The position numbers were made by a program, and so were the translations under genes. 64,000 nucleotides of DNA from an uncultured virus (IMG/VR IMGVR_UViG_3300006919_000039) (taxonomy: Duplodnaviria; Heunggongvirae; Uroviricota; Caudoviricetes): the IMG/VR virus record IMGVR_UViG_3300006919_000039, one strand, 5' to 3'. Positions 28,986 through 37,674 of this stretch are shown here, piece after piece. Numbering within the stretch: the first letter of the stretch is position 1; every line of letters starts with the position of its first letter. The notes beneath the pieces are model-generated. The model did no database searches. It was not told where the DNA came from and saw only the letters and a program-made list of their open reading frames with translations.

Positions 28986-29196
28986 ACTTGCAGAACTATC
29001 TGCTAAGTTAGACTTTGTTATTAAAGAGGTCATGGAAGATATGTCGCCTCAAGAAGTTACTTATGTTTTAGAGAATTATTCAAAATATCTTACATATGAT
29101 ATTAAAAGAAATTTTGAAGAAAAACGTGAAAAAGACTTGAAAGAATCACCTTTTGATGCTATAATAAATGATAACTTGGGAATAAATGATGAGTAA
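28945..29196 (+). CDS. Hypothetical protein
   Basis: ATG at 28945 after AAGGA. Confidence 0.55.
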   Translation: MSSSNNLELTAKTKLAELSAKLDFVIKEVMEDMSPQEVTYVLENYSKYLTYDIKRNFEEKREKDLKESPFDAIINDNLGINDE

Positions 29197-30184
29197 GAAA
29201 ACATACATTTTAGTAGACAGCCTTAATATGTTTATGAGAGCAAAACATGTGGGCGGTGGTAAAGATATTGATATGCGAGTTGGAATGGCTATGCATATTA
29301 TGTTTAACAGTATTAAAAAAGTATGGCGTGACTTTAATGGCTCACATGTAGTAATGTGTTTAGAAGGCAGAAGTTGGCGTAAAGACTTTTATACTCCGTA
29401 TAAAGCAAACAGAAAAGTTACAATGGATCAAAGAACTCCTAAACAAATGGAAGACGATGAATTGTTTTTTGAAGCATATGATGACATGATTACATTCTTT
29501 ACTGGTAAAACTAATTGTAGTGTAATACAGCAAAAGAATGCAGAAGCAGATGATTTAATTGCTACATGGATACAAGAACATCCTGAAGATGATCATGTTA
29601 TTGTAAGCACAGACAGTGACTTCTATCAGTTAATTGCAGAGAATGTTATACAATATAACGGAACTACAGATCAAATAGTTAGTTTAGAAGGATTTAAGAA
29701 TGCTAAGACAGGAGAATCAGTTATAGATAAAAAGACTGGAGAACCTAAAGTTCCTGTAAATCCTGAATATGTATTATTTGAAAAATGTGTAAGAGGAGAC
29801 AGTTCAGACAATATTTTTAGTGCCTATCCTGGTGCTAGAACTAAAGGTACTAGAAATAAAACAGGAATATTAGAAGCCTATAATGATAGAAAAACAGGCG
29901 GATTTAATTACAATAATTTTATGCTACAACGTTGGGTAGACCATGAAGAAGTAGAACATAGAGTAAAAGACGATTACGAAAGAAATAGAATATTAATTGA
30001 CTTGACAGCACAGCCAGATGAAGTAAAAGCAGAATCTAGGCAAATTGTTAGAGAGGCAATAAATAAAGAGCCATCCACACAGGTTGGTATTCATTTTATG
30101 AAATTCTGTGCCAAATGGAATTTACAAAGAATGAGTGAAGACGCGACTGCTTATGCTGAGTTTTTAAATGGACAAGTTAGATAG
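29186..30184 (+). CDS. 5'-3' exonuclease / T4 RNase H-like flap endonuclease
   Basis: LVDS.N, SWRK..Y..YKANR, EADD, STDSDFYQL, GDSSDNI. Confidence 0.92.
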   Translation: MMSKKTYILVDSLNMFMRAKHVGGGKDIDMRVGMAMHIMFNSIKKVWRDFNGSHVVMCLEGRSWRKDFYTPYKANRKVTMDQRTPKQMEDDELFFEAYDDMITFFTGKTNCSVIQQKNAEADDLIATWIQEHPEDDHVIVSTDSDFYQLIAENVIQYNGTTDQIVSLEGFKNAKTGESVIDKKTGEPKVPVNPEYVLFEKCVRGDSSDNIFSAYPGARTKGTRNKTGILEAYNDRKTGGFNYNNFMLQRWVDHEEVEHRVKDDYERNRILIDLTAQPDEVKAESRQIVREAINKEPSTQVGIHFMKFCAKWNLQRMSEDATAYAEFLNGQVR

Positions 30185-30398
30185 AGCAGTTAAAAGGCTA
30201 ACTGACGATTGGCCTGCTAATCCATTCTGGATTTATACAACTCCAGATGGTGGCAAAAATGTTTATAGAGCGATGCGAACAGATGTTTGTCCAGAAGGCT
30301 TTAGAGATTCAAATGGGCAACCTATAAAGCAATTACATTCTATAGACGGAAAAATAGTTGCTCGTGATGAGGACTACGGATTTAAGGAGAAAAAATGA
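30168..30398 (+). CDS. Hypothetical protein
   Basis: IYTTPDGGKNVYR. Confidence 0.6.
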   Translation: MDKLDRAVKRLTDDWPANPFWIYTTPDGGKNVYRAMRTDVCPEGFRDSNGQPIKQLHSIDGKIVARDEDYGFKEKK

Positions 30399-30919
30399 GT
30401 ACAAAAACACAAAAAAATAAAGCACAGTTACAGCAAATATCAGATGTTGCTTGGCTTGTTAGACAAGGCCCTAGAAAATTAGGCATTTTAAATAAAGATA
30501 TTCAAGAGCATTATTTTTATATTACAGGCAAAGAGTTTGTAACTTTAGATAACCAAGATGAAGTTACAGATTATTTTGGTAATATAAACTTATTTGAAGA
30601 ACAGATTGAAGTTCAAGAAAACTTCATTGAAGAGTTTTATATTAAAGGACATAAAGTAGATTATGCTAACCCTTTTCCTATAGATTTTGGACATCCTGAT
30701 TATAATCCAGACGTTCCTTTATATAGTAAAACCTCTGATAGTGATATCTATTATGCGGCAGGTTGGTATTGTATCAAATTTGATAAAGGTTGGAAACATG
30801 CTAATAGTCCTAAATATTCTACACTTGTAAATTATGGATTCGAAGGCCCATTTAAGACAGAAATTGAATGTAGACAGTATCTTAAACTTTTAAATAAAAA
30901 ATTAAGAAGTAGTGAGTGA
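30395..30919 (+). CDS. Hypothetical phage protein
   Basis: SD AAGGAG; YYAAGWY...GPFKT. Confidence 0.7.
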   Translation: MSTKTQKNKAQLQQISDVAWLVRQGPRKLGILNKDIQEHYFYITGKEFVTLDNQDEVTDYFGNINLFEEQIEVQENFIEEFYIKGHKVDYANPFPIDFGHPDYNPDVPLYSKTSDSDIYYAAGWYCIKFDKGWKHANSPKYSTLVNYGFEGPFKTEIECRQYLKLLNKKLRSSE

Positions 30920-31172
30920 TTATAGTTTGCCAGATGATTGTGGGTATAACAAAATATACCAATATCAATGGAAAACGACCCAACACGGACTGCCAATGAA
31001 CTCAACACACGAAATATGTAAACATGCTGAAGGTAGATGGGGTTGGCATTTTTTACCACACAAAACTATGGATTATAGTAGAGAAGATTGGTATAAAGAC
31101 CAAACCTTAGTTTTATCTTTTGAAGATAAGATGGACCTAATTATCTGTAAGTTGCTAGTAGACATAACATAA
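30912..31172 (+). CDS. Hypothetical protein
   Basis: GTG start overlapping the upstream gene; GRWGWHF. Confidence 0.55.
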   Translation: MSDYSLPDDCGYNKIYQYQWKTTQHGLPMNSTHEICKHAEGRWGWHFLPHKTMDYSREDWYKDQTLVLSFEDKMDLIICKLLVDIT

Positions 31173-31180
31173 ATAAAGGC

Positions 31181-31396
31181 ATGAATAAAGGTACATTAAA
31201 TTTTTGGAATACTAGGAAAAACTATGGAGTAGTTTCTGAAGGTAAAAATAATGTATACGTCAAAAGACATCATATTGTAAATCCTCCTGCTCCTGTAGAG
31301 TTATCTAACGGTATGGAAGTAGAATTTGATAGAGAAATTAACGGTATGGAAATTAACTCAACGTGTGATCTCACACCTAAAACTAAAAGCGAATAA
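31181..31396 (+). CDS. Divergent cold-shock-domain (OB fold) protein
   Basis: KGTLNFWN..KNYGVV....NVYV.........L..G.EVEF. Confidence 0.6.
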   Translation: MNKGTLNFWNTRKNYGVVSEGKNNVYVKRHHIVNPPAPVELSNGMEVEFDREINGMEINSTCDLTPKTKSE

Positions 31397-31629
31397 TGAA
31401 AGTAGAAATTTATAGCAAACCACAATGTCCTTTTTGTGTTCAGGCAAAAGCATTAGCAGAAAGGGAAGGATATGAGCTGACATATAAAATGTTAGATGAA
31501 GATTTTGATAGAGAAACACTAATGGAAACATTTCCAGGTGCTAGAACATTCCCTCAAATCATTGTAGACGGCGAGAAAATAGGCGGTTTTACAGAGTTTA
31601 AAGCACTAGTAGACGCCTCTAAAGAATAG
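31396..31629 (+). CDS. grx: Glutaredoxin
   Basis: CPFC, RTFPQI, IGGF. Confidence 0.93.
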   Translation: MKVEIYSKPQCPFCVQAKALAEREGYELTYKMLDEDFDRETLMETFPGARTFPQIIVDGEKIGGFTEFKALVDASKE

Positions 31630-31658
31630 TATTAAGTACTGTTTTAACTGCAAAATAA

Positions 31659-31666
31659 GATAAATA
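31659..31666 (+). promoter_or_regulatory. Late-type promoter GATAAATA
   Basis: Octamer upstream of the ATG at 31688. Confidence 0.55.
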
Positions 31667-31687
31667 AGTGTATAGGAGACTATACAC

Positions 31688-31990
31688 ATGAGCAGACCAA
31701 AACCAAAAGTTTTATTAGAAGTTGTTAATAAAACAACTTACAAAGCAGAGCAGGTTCTAGAAGCAGAAGCAATCTATAGTGTTTTCTACAAGGACCAGCC
31801 TATTAATTTACGAACATTACACACCTTAGTTTCTTATCCAGGACCTAAATATAAAAAAGTATCCTTTAGTAATCCAGGCCATGCTTTTAACCTTGCTGAA
31901 CGTTTAAATGGCATTTTTTCTTGTGAAGACTTCAAGGTTTGCAAAATGGTAAAAGGACCTGAAGTGTCTGAAAATGACCTCAAAAAGTGA
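31688..31990 (+). CDS. Conserved-type hypothetical phage protein
   Basis: SD AGGAG; MSRPKP...YKKVSFSNPGHA. Confidence 0.7.
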   Translation: MSRPKPKVLLEVVNKTTYKAEQVLEAEAIYSVFYKDQPINLRTLHTLVSYPGPKYKKVSFSNPGHAFNLAERLNGIFSCEDFKVCKMVKGPEVSENDLKK

Positions 31991-32411
31991 AATACCATTA
32001 CAATATAAAGTAATAGATACTATCTTTAAAATTATACAAGAAGGCTTGTTAAAAAATTCATCTAGAATACCTGGAATACCTAAGAACAGTAAACATTACG
32101 AAACATTTAAATCTTTACCTAAAGAAAAATTAGGTTATAAAATTTTTCAAAACTTTAGAATCAGTAAAGGAAAGCCAGAAGGATTAAGACTTACCCATTT
32201 AGGAAATGAATTATTAAAACGTAATTTTGAGTACTTTGAATTTAATCACAGCATATTTCCTACTCCCAGAATGTATTTGGTTTTAGATAATCAAATGCAA
32301 TGGCCATACTATTTTACTAAGAAAAAGATGGTTCTCTACAATCGTGAAGATGCTAGTTGGTATAAAATCAACGGAAATGACATAGAATCGTTCATTGATA
32401 TAATAGAGTAA
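31974..32411 (+). CDS. Hypothetical protein
   Basis: GLRLTHLG...LDNQMQWPYY. Confidence 0.65.
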   Translation: MTSKSEIPLQYKVIDTIFKIIQEGLLKNSSRIPGIPKNSKHYETFKSLPKEKLGYKIFQNFRISKGKPEGLRLTHLGNELLKRNFEYFEFNHSIFPTPRMYLVLDNQMQWPYYFTKKKMVLYNREDASWYKINGNDIESFIDIIE

Positions 32412-32440
32412 AAAAAGTTAAAAATAATTTAAAAAAGGTG

Positions 32441-32468
32441 TTGACAATATCTCTTTTTGTGCTATAGT
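32441..32468 (+). promoter_or_regulatory. Sigma70 promoter with A-rich UP element
   Basis: TTGACA-N16-TATAGT with TG extension. Confidence 0.75.
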
Positions 32469-32499
32469 ATATACATAATTTAAAGGTAAGGAGTAAATT

Positions 32500-33609
32500 A
32501 TGGAAACACTTAAAGTAAGAGCATCGGAAGTAAAACCTGTAGTCCTAAGGGCTATGAAGGCTAACAGACCGATTTTTGTCTGGGGAGCACCAGGCATAGG
32601 TAAATCAGAACTTGTTGAACAAATTGTTAATAGTGGCGATCTTGGGACTGCTTCAATTATTGACATGCGTTTAGCACTTCTTGAACCAACAGACCTAAGA
32701 GGGTATCCTTTTAGGAATCCTGAAACAAACACTATGGAATGGTCACCGCCAACAGACTTGCCATCAAAAGAATTTGCTGAGCAGTTTGATACAGTGGTAC
32801 TATTTTTAGATGAGTTAAACTCAGCACCTCCTAGTGTACAAGCGGCGGCTTATCAGTTAGTATTGAACAGAAAAGTTGGACAATACGAACTACCTGACAA
32901 TGTAAGAATTGTTGCGGCAGGTAACCGTGAGACTGACAGAGGTGTTACATTTAGAATGCCGGCACCGTTGGCAAACAGATTCCGTCATATCAACATGGAT
33001 GTCAATTTTGAAGATTGGCAACAATGGGCAGTGAATAACAATGTTCATCCTGATGTTGTAGGTTACTTAACTTACAGTAAAGGCGACTTGTTTGACTTTG
33101 ACGCAAAAAGTTCCTCACAGGCATTTGCTACACCAAGAAGTTGGAATTTTGTAAGTGAAATGCTTAATGTTGATGGCTTTAATTCTGCTAGTTCATTTGA
33201 ACAAAAAGCAGAAATATCAGGAGCCATAGGCGAGGGAATGGCTATTAAATTTGTAGAACACAGAAAGGTTGCTAAACATCTTCCTAACCCAAGTCAAGTT
33301 ATAGACGGTTCCGTTAAAAAACTTGATGGTAAAGTTAGTTCAGAGATTAGTGCAAAGTATTCATTAGTTGTAGGCCTTGCTTACGAACTAAATGAGGAAT
33401 ATCAAAAGAAACCAAGTATTACCCCAGAGTTTAAAAAGGCTTTAAACAATGTTGTATCGTTTGCTTTTGATAATTTTGAGCCTGAAATGGTTGTGTTCTT
33501 GTTAAGAACAATTATGAAAGACTATCAGATTAAGTTCAATGTTAGAACTGATTTAGATACTAAACTTAGGGAGACCTTTAGTAAAAGGTATATCAAATAT
33601 ATAGTCTAA
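32500..33609 (+). CDS. MoxR-like AAA+ ATPase
   Basis: Walker A GAPGIGKS, Walker B LFLDE, AAGN, LANRF, TPRSW. Confidence 0.92.
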   Translation: METLKVRASEVKPVVLRAMKANRPIFVWGAPGIGKSELVEQIVNSGDLGTASIIDMRLALLEPTDLRGYPFRNPETNTMEWSPPTDLPSKEFAEQFDTVVLFLDELNSAPPSVQAAAYQLVLNRKVGQYELPDNVRIVAAGNRETDRGVTFRMPAPLANRFRHINMDVNFEDWQQWAVNNNVHPDVVGYLTYSKGDLFDFDAKSSSQAFATPRSWNFVSEMLNVDGFNSASSFEQKAEISGAIGEGMAIKFVEHRKVAKHLPNPSQVIDGSVKKLDGKVSSEISAKYSLVVGLAYELNEEYQKKPSITPEFKKALNNVVSFAFDNFEPEMVVFLLRTIMKDYQIKFNVRTDLDTKLRETFSKRYIKYIV

Positions 33610-33614
33610 TTATT

Positions 33615-33668
33615 AAAATCCTTGTGCGCCTACCTATGTTACTCCCTACCTAAGAGCACCTGGATTTT
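33615..33668 (+). ncRNA. Candidate small RNA: hairpin with a C/U-rich anti-RBS loop
   Basis: AAAAUCC..GUGC-[GCCUACCUAUGUUACUCCCUACCUAAGA]-GCAC..GGAUUUU. The loop is complementary to leaders at 5905, 6570, 10192, 32484 and 33765. Confidence 0.55.
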
Positions 33669-33669
33669 G

Positions 33670-33696
33670 AAGACCCCTTAATGGGGTCTTTTTTTG
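33670..33696 (+). terminator. Intrinsic terminator
   Basis: AAGACCCC-TTAAT-GGGGTCTT followed by a T run. Confidence 0.9.
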
Positions 33697-33719
33697 ACTT
33701 AAAAATCTACATTTATAAC

Positions 33720-33747
33720 TTGACATTATAGTAAAATTTGCTATAAT
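33720..33747 (+). promoter_or_regulatory. Sigma70 promoter
   Basis: TTGACA-N16-TATAAT with TG extension. Confidence 0.8.
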
Positions 33748-33774
33748 ATGTAGTATAAATGTTAGGAGTAACAT

Positions 33775-34080
33775 ATGATTGAGATACTACAGGAAATAAC
33801 TGATTGGGGCAAATACCCAGTTGCAAATGGTGTTTATCATATTAATAGTGCAGGGCAACTTGTTCAACACAATGATAAAGTATTTAAAAATCCAATAAAA
33901 CAATTTAGCAAGACAAGACGCAAGTTTAAAAAGATAGGCGAAAGACCAGAACAATTAGCCTCTGATATTATTCAGGTAAAAGGCAGTAATGGTAAAGTTT
34001 ATATTATAGATGACGGCAAATGTAGTTGTCCAGGTTACACATTTAGGGGGAATTGTAAACATGTTAAAGAAAACACTTAG
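33775..34080 (+). CDS. SWIM zinc-finger protein
   Basis: CSCPGY....CKH. Confidence 0.8.
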   Translation: MIEILQEITDWGKYPVANGVYHINSAGQLVQHNDKVFKNPIKQFSKTRRKFKKIGERPEQLASDIIQVKGSNGKVYIIDDGKCSCPGYTFRGNCKHVKENT

Positions 34081-36472
34081 TATTGTTTTAGTATTATTTT
34101 TAGGTGCCTGTGCTAGTGGTGGAGGCTCCGCAGGAGTTACACCAACACCAACTCCACCTTCTAATAGTGGAGGAACAACGACAGAGACTGATAAACGTAT
34201 TCCTTTTACTGATTGGAGTATTACAACAAGTTTAGATATAGAAGGCTATAGCGATGAAGTTAAAATAGTTCATACAATGACTTCATATACAACTACAGGT
34301 TTACCTGCCCCTACAGAAAAATTTAAGATAGCAGATTATGGTTTTTTACAATCTACAATATATGGAAACCATAATGGATGTGACGACTGTGGTGATGAAA
34401 GTAATGGTCCATGGTCATTTGTAAATGAAGGAATGGTTAGACAAGCAGATCTTAACGGAGATGGACATTGGGATTTTTATTTATGGAATTGGTACGGAGG
34501 AGATAACGAGTTTGTTCCTGAATCCACTCTTATGGCATGGATAAATGATGGATCAGGACATTTTGAGTTAAGCCAAGATTTATTTGAAGGTGGTGCACCT
34601 TGTCTAAATGGTGGTGGTATAAATTTACAATTTGTAACACAGGAAACACAAGGCGATCCTTATAGAAGTTGTGGTTGGAGTGGGCATTTTAGAAATCCAG
34701 CAGTAGCAGATTTTAATGGAGACGGCATTGATGATTTCTTTAGTGTTAGTAATCTAATATTAAGTAATAATGGAAAGTTAGTTGATGTTAGTCATAGTCA
34801 TTTGCCCAATGAATTATTTTTTAATACAGATTACGGGCCTATATTTTCACATGATATTGCTATAGGCGATAGTGAAGGAGATGGTGACATAGATATATTT
34901 TTACCTATCCACGATAATACTTGGGATAATAAAATATTACCTTGGGCTATGCTTATAAATGACGGCAATGGAAATTTTTCAGTTAATAATAATTTTCCTA
35001 AAATACCTGAGCCATGGCAAGTTAATCAAGACCCTAGTAAAGGCATGTTATGGGCTACAACGGCTTCAGTTGGTGATTTTGATAATGATGGTTTTGGTGA
35101 TGTAGCAGTTGGATGGTTCAATCCTGTATTATCCAGAGAATATGGATTTGGAGAAACATACGAAAATAGCACTGGTGCTGTATTCTTTAATGACGGCACA
35201 AATGATTGGCGCAATAGACCTTGGTTAGAATTACCTGACAATTACTATGGAGAAAATGGTAATGCTAACAGCATGGCTGTAATAGATTTTAATGGTGACG
35301 GTTATTTAGATATTGTAGTTGCTTCTACAAAAAAAGACCCATATTATCAAGGTAGAATGATTCAGTTTTTTAAAAATAATGGCGGTAATAGTTTTACTGA
35401 TGTCACATCACAATATGGAAACACTACATACGCAAATGGAGGCATAAACAATCCTCAATTATGGAACGGTGAAGGATATCTTATGATAGTTGATTTTGAT
35501 AATGACGGTGATTTAGATATTGTTGATAGCAATAGTGAAACTTATGTGCTATTAAATGATGGCGATACATTTACATTATACAACGATTTTCCAAGGTTTG
35601 CAGATGGTAGGTCTTATCATGCTGTAGAAATAGATGGGAAACATTGGTATGACTTTATAGGTTCTAGGAATACTGATTCATCTAATCAGTCTACAAATAC
35701 ATTTTTCCAAGTGTTAGATCCACCTTTTGCTGAAATGCAACACGATATTACTACAAAACCTTATGGTTATGTGGATGGTGTGTTTAACAACTTTAAACTC
35801 ACAAGAGATTTACGCAAACAAACTTTGGGTACTAAAGTATTTTACAGTAATATAGACAATAATACATTAAAAGGATACAGTTGGAGCGGCAATGATTACG
35901 GAATAACGGTAGGAGAGCTGTCTGGCAATGCTCAGGGCGGTTTATTTGCTATAGATACTAATATAGATAATATGCACATAGGTGTATTTTATACAGATGT
36001 TACAAATAAAGGACATAATAGAACTAAATGGTATGGCACTGGTGTTGCTGATGTTGAGTATAAGTCTTTAAACACATTTACAGAGTTCATGATGCCTTTA
36101 AAAGACAACTATTTTTACAGAGCTGGTGCTGGTTTTAGTTACACCTGGATTGAAAGTTTTAAAGAACAAAATAGCAATTATAATGTAAAAGTCAATGAAT
36201 TTAGTATGCAAGGTTTAAATGTTTTTGCAGATATAAATGCCTTATATAATACCAAATTAGGACAAACTTTCTTAACTGCGGGTATCGATTATTATACTAC
36301 TATGGGGAATACTAAAATAAATTTTGCTGATGTTTTAAAATATTCTTATAACAATGAAAGTGTTATTGGGAGAGCTAGTTTTACTCATGTATTTGGGGAT
36401 TTTTATTTAAATGCTTCTGTAGATACAGAAAATAACGAAACTTATGAATTAGGTTTTAGATTTGCTTTTTAA
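34061..36472 (+). CDS. Lipoprotein with FG-GAP/VCBS repeats and a C-terminal autotransporter-like beta-barrel
   Basis: Lipobox LGA-C, Pro/Thr linker, six D(F/L)(N/D)xDGxxD-type motifs, amphipathic strands ending ELGFRFAF. Confidence 0.75.
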   Translation: MLKKTLSIVLVLFLGACASGGGSAGVTPTPTPPSNSGGTTTETDKRIPFTDWSITTSLDIEGYSDEVKIVHTMTSYTTTGLPAPTEKFKIADYGFLQSTIYGNHNGCDDCGDESNGPWSFVNEGMVRQADLNGDGHWDFYLWNWYGGDNEFVPESTLMAWINDGSGHFELSQDLFEGGAPCLNGGGINLQFVTQETQGDPYRSCGWSGHFRNPAVADFNGDGIDDFFSVSNLILSNNGKLVDVSHSHLPNELFFNTDYGPIFSHDIAIGDSEGDGDIDIFLPIHDNTWDNKILPWAMLINDGNGNFSVNNNFPKIPEPWQVNQDPSKGMLWATTASVGDFDNDGFGDVAVGWFNPVLSREYGFGETYENSTGAVFFNDGTNDWRNRPWLELPDNYYGENGNANSMAVIDFNGDGYLDIVVASTKKDPYYQGRMIQFFKNNGGNSFTDVTSQYGNTTYANGGINNPQLWNGEGYLMIVDFDNDGDLDIVDSNSETYVLLNDGDTFTLYNDFPRFADGRSYHAVEIDGKHWYDFIGSRNTDSSNQSTNTFFQVLDPPFAEMQHDITTKPYGYVDGVFNNFKLTRDLRKQTLGTKVFYSNIDNNTLKGYSWSGNDYGITVGELSGNAQGGLFAIDTNIDNMHIGVFYTDVTNKGHNRTKWYGTGVADVEYKSLNTFTEFMMPLKDNYFYRAGAGFSYTWIESFKEQNSNYNVKVNEFSMQGLNVFADINALYNTKLGQTFLTAGIDYYTTMGNTKINFADVLKYSYNNESVIGRASFTHVFGDFYLNASVDTENNETYELGFRFAF

Positions 36473-37000
36473 ATATCTTTTTTGTACATACTTATATGCA
36501 ACATCTACACTATCTTTATTTACATCTAAATGATAGAATGGTATCTTATAATCTCTAAACATTTTATATATAGACTCGTCTATTTTTAGTGCATTTTCAT
36601 AATCTAAAGATCTTTGATTTCTTGTATATCCTTGATTTTCTCTTTTACACATAAAATTAATATTATAATATCCGTTGTAACACTCGTGTGACAGTTTATC
36701 TATAAGATCACTATAGTGAGGTTCTCCGTATGCTGTTCTATATATTGAACTAAGTAATATAGGAGAGTCTGTAACACAAAAATCAACCTTACCTTTTAAT
36801 CTTTTTACTCTACGATTTTGTTTCGCCATTACATAAAGTTGGTCTTCTAATATTTCCATTCTATTTTCCCAAACACACATCTTTGCGTATTCGTTTACAT
36901 GTTCAATACTATAGCCTTCTATTTTCATTTTATGAAATAAACCAGCCGCCTGTGTAGACTTACCCGAATTAGGGCCTCCAAAAAAATTAATTACTATCAT
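36449..37000 (-). CDS. P-loop kinase/ATPase, NadR/AAA_28-like
   Basis: GGPNSGKST, EYAK, TDSPILLS. Confidence 0.8.
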   Translation of the reverse strand: MIVINFFGGPNSGKSTQAAGLFHKMKIEGYSIEHVNEYAKMCVWENRMEILEDQLYVMAKQNRRVKRLKGKVDFCVTDSPILLSSIYRTAYGEPHYSDLIDKLSHECYNGYYNINFMCKRENQGYTRNQRSLDYENALKIDESIYKMFRDYKIPFYHLDVNKDSVDVAYKYVQKRYLKSKSKT

Positions 37001-37674
37001 TTATATCCTATTTGCATAAATCTTGTATAAGCAGGAGTTTCCATTGCTCCTATATAATGTAATTTAGATAGGGGATATTTTTCTTGCATATCTTTTGCAG
37101 TATAACATGGGTTTATATGTCCGTCAAACTCTTCTGAATTATTTGTTTGCATAATAATTAGTTGATCACTATCTACAGTATCAAACCAACCTGTACTCAT
37201 ATGCTCACAACTGGTGTTAATTATCCAATCTGGTTTTACATTAATTAATTCACCACTTGTTTCAAACTCCATAGCACTACAATCTAACATATCTACATCT
37301 GCTACTACGCCTTTATACTTCCAACTGTCCTGTACAAAAGGTTGATTAAGTTTTTCTGATTTTTCTATTGCTTCTGCATCTGCGTCTATGCCATATATAC
37401 GTTCTATAGGAATGCTTTTATGTAAAGGCTCTATCAAAGCACCAATCCAACTACCTAATATTGCTATTGTAGGTTTGGGTACTTTAGGATAAGTATGATT
37501 TAATTCCTTGAGTAGCCAACTCTTACTGGCTAACTGTCCTTTACTGAAAGCATGTTGTGGATAATAATTGCCATGTTGAACTATATGTTCGAAATAACTA
37601 GGTGTAGGTTGCCAAAAGCCATTGTCTATATATTCTGTAACTTTTTGCCAATTTACTAAATTGATTTCTTCCAT
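36997..37674 (-). CDS. Class I SAM-dependent methyltransferase
   Basis: ILGSWIG, GIDAD, IINTSCEHM. Confidence 0.7.
   Translation of the reverse strand: MEEINLVNWQKVTEYIDNGFWQPTPSYFEHIVQHGNYYPQHAFSKGQLASKSWLLKELNHTYPKVPKPTIAILGSWIGALIEPLHKSIPIERIYGIDADAEAIEKSEKLNQPFVQDSWKYKGVVADVDMLDCSAMEFETSGELINVKPDWIINTSCEHMSTGWFDTVDSDQLIIMQTNNSEEFDGHINPCYTAKDMQEKYPLSKLHYIGAMETPAYTRFMQIGYK

Noticed and set aside
34010..34060. Upstream start for the 820-aa ORF
   Set aside because: ATG at 34061 gives a proper lipoprotein signal peptide and follows an SD-like AGGGGG.
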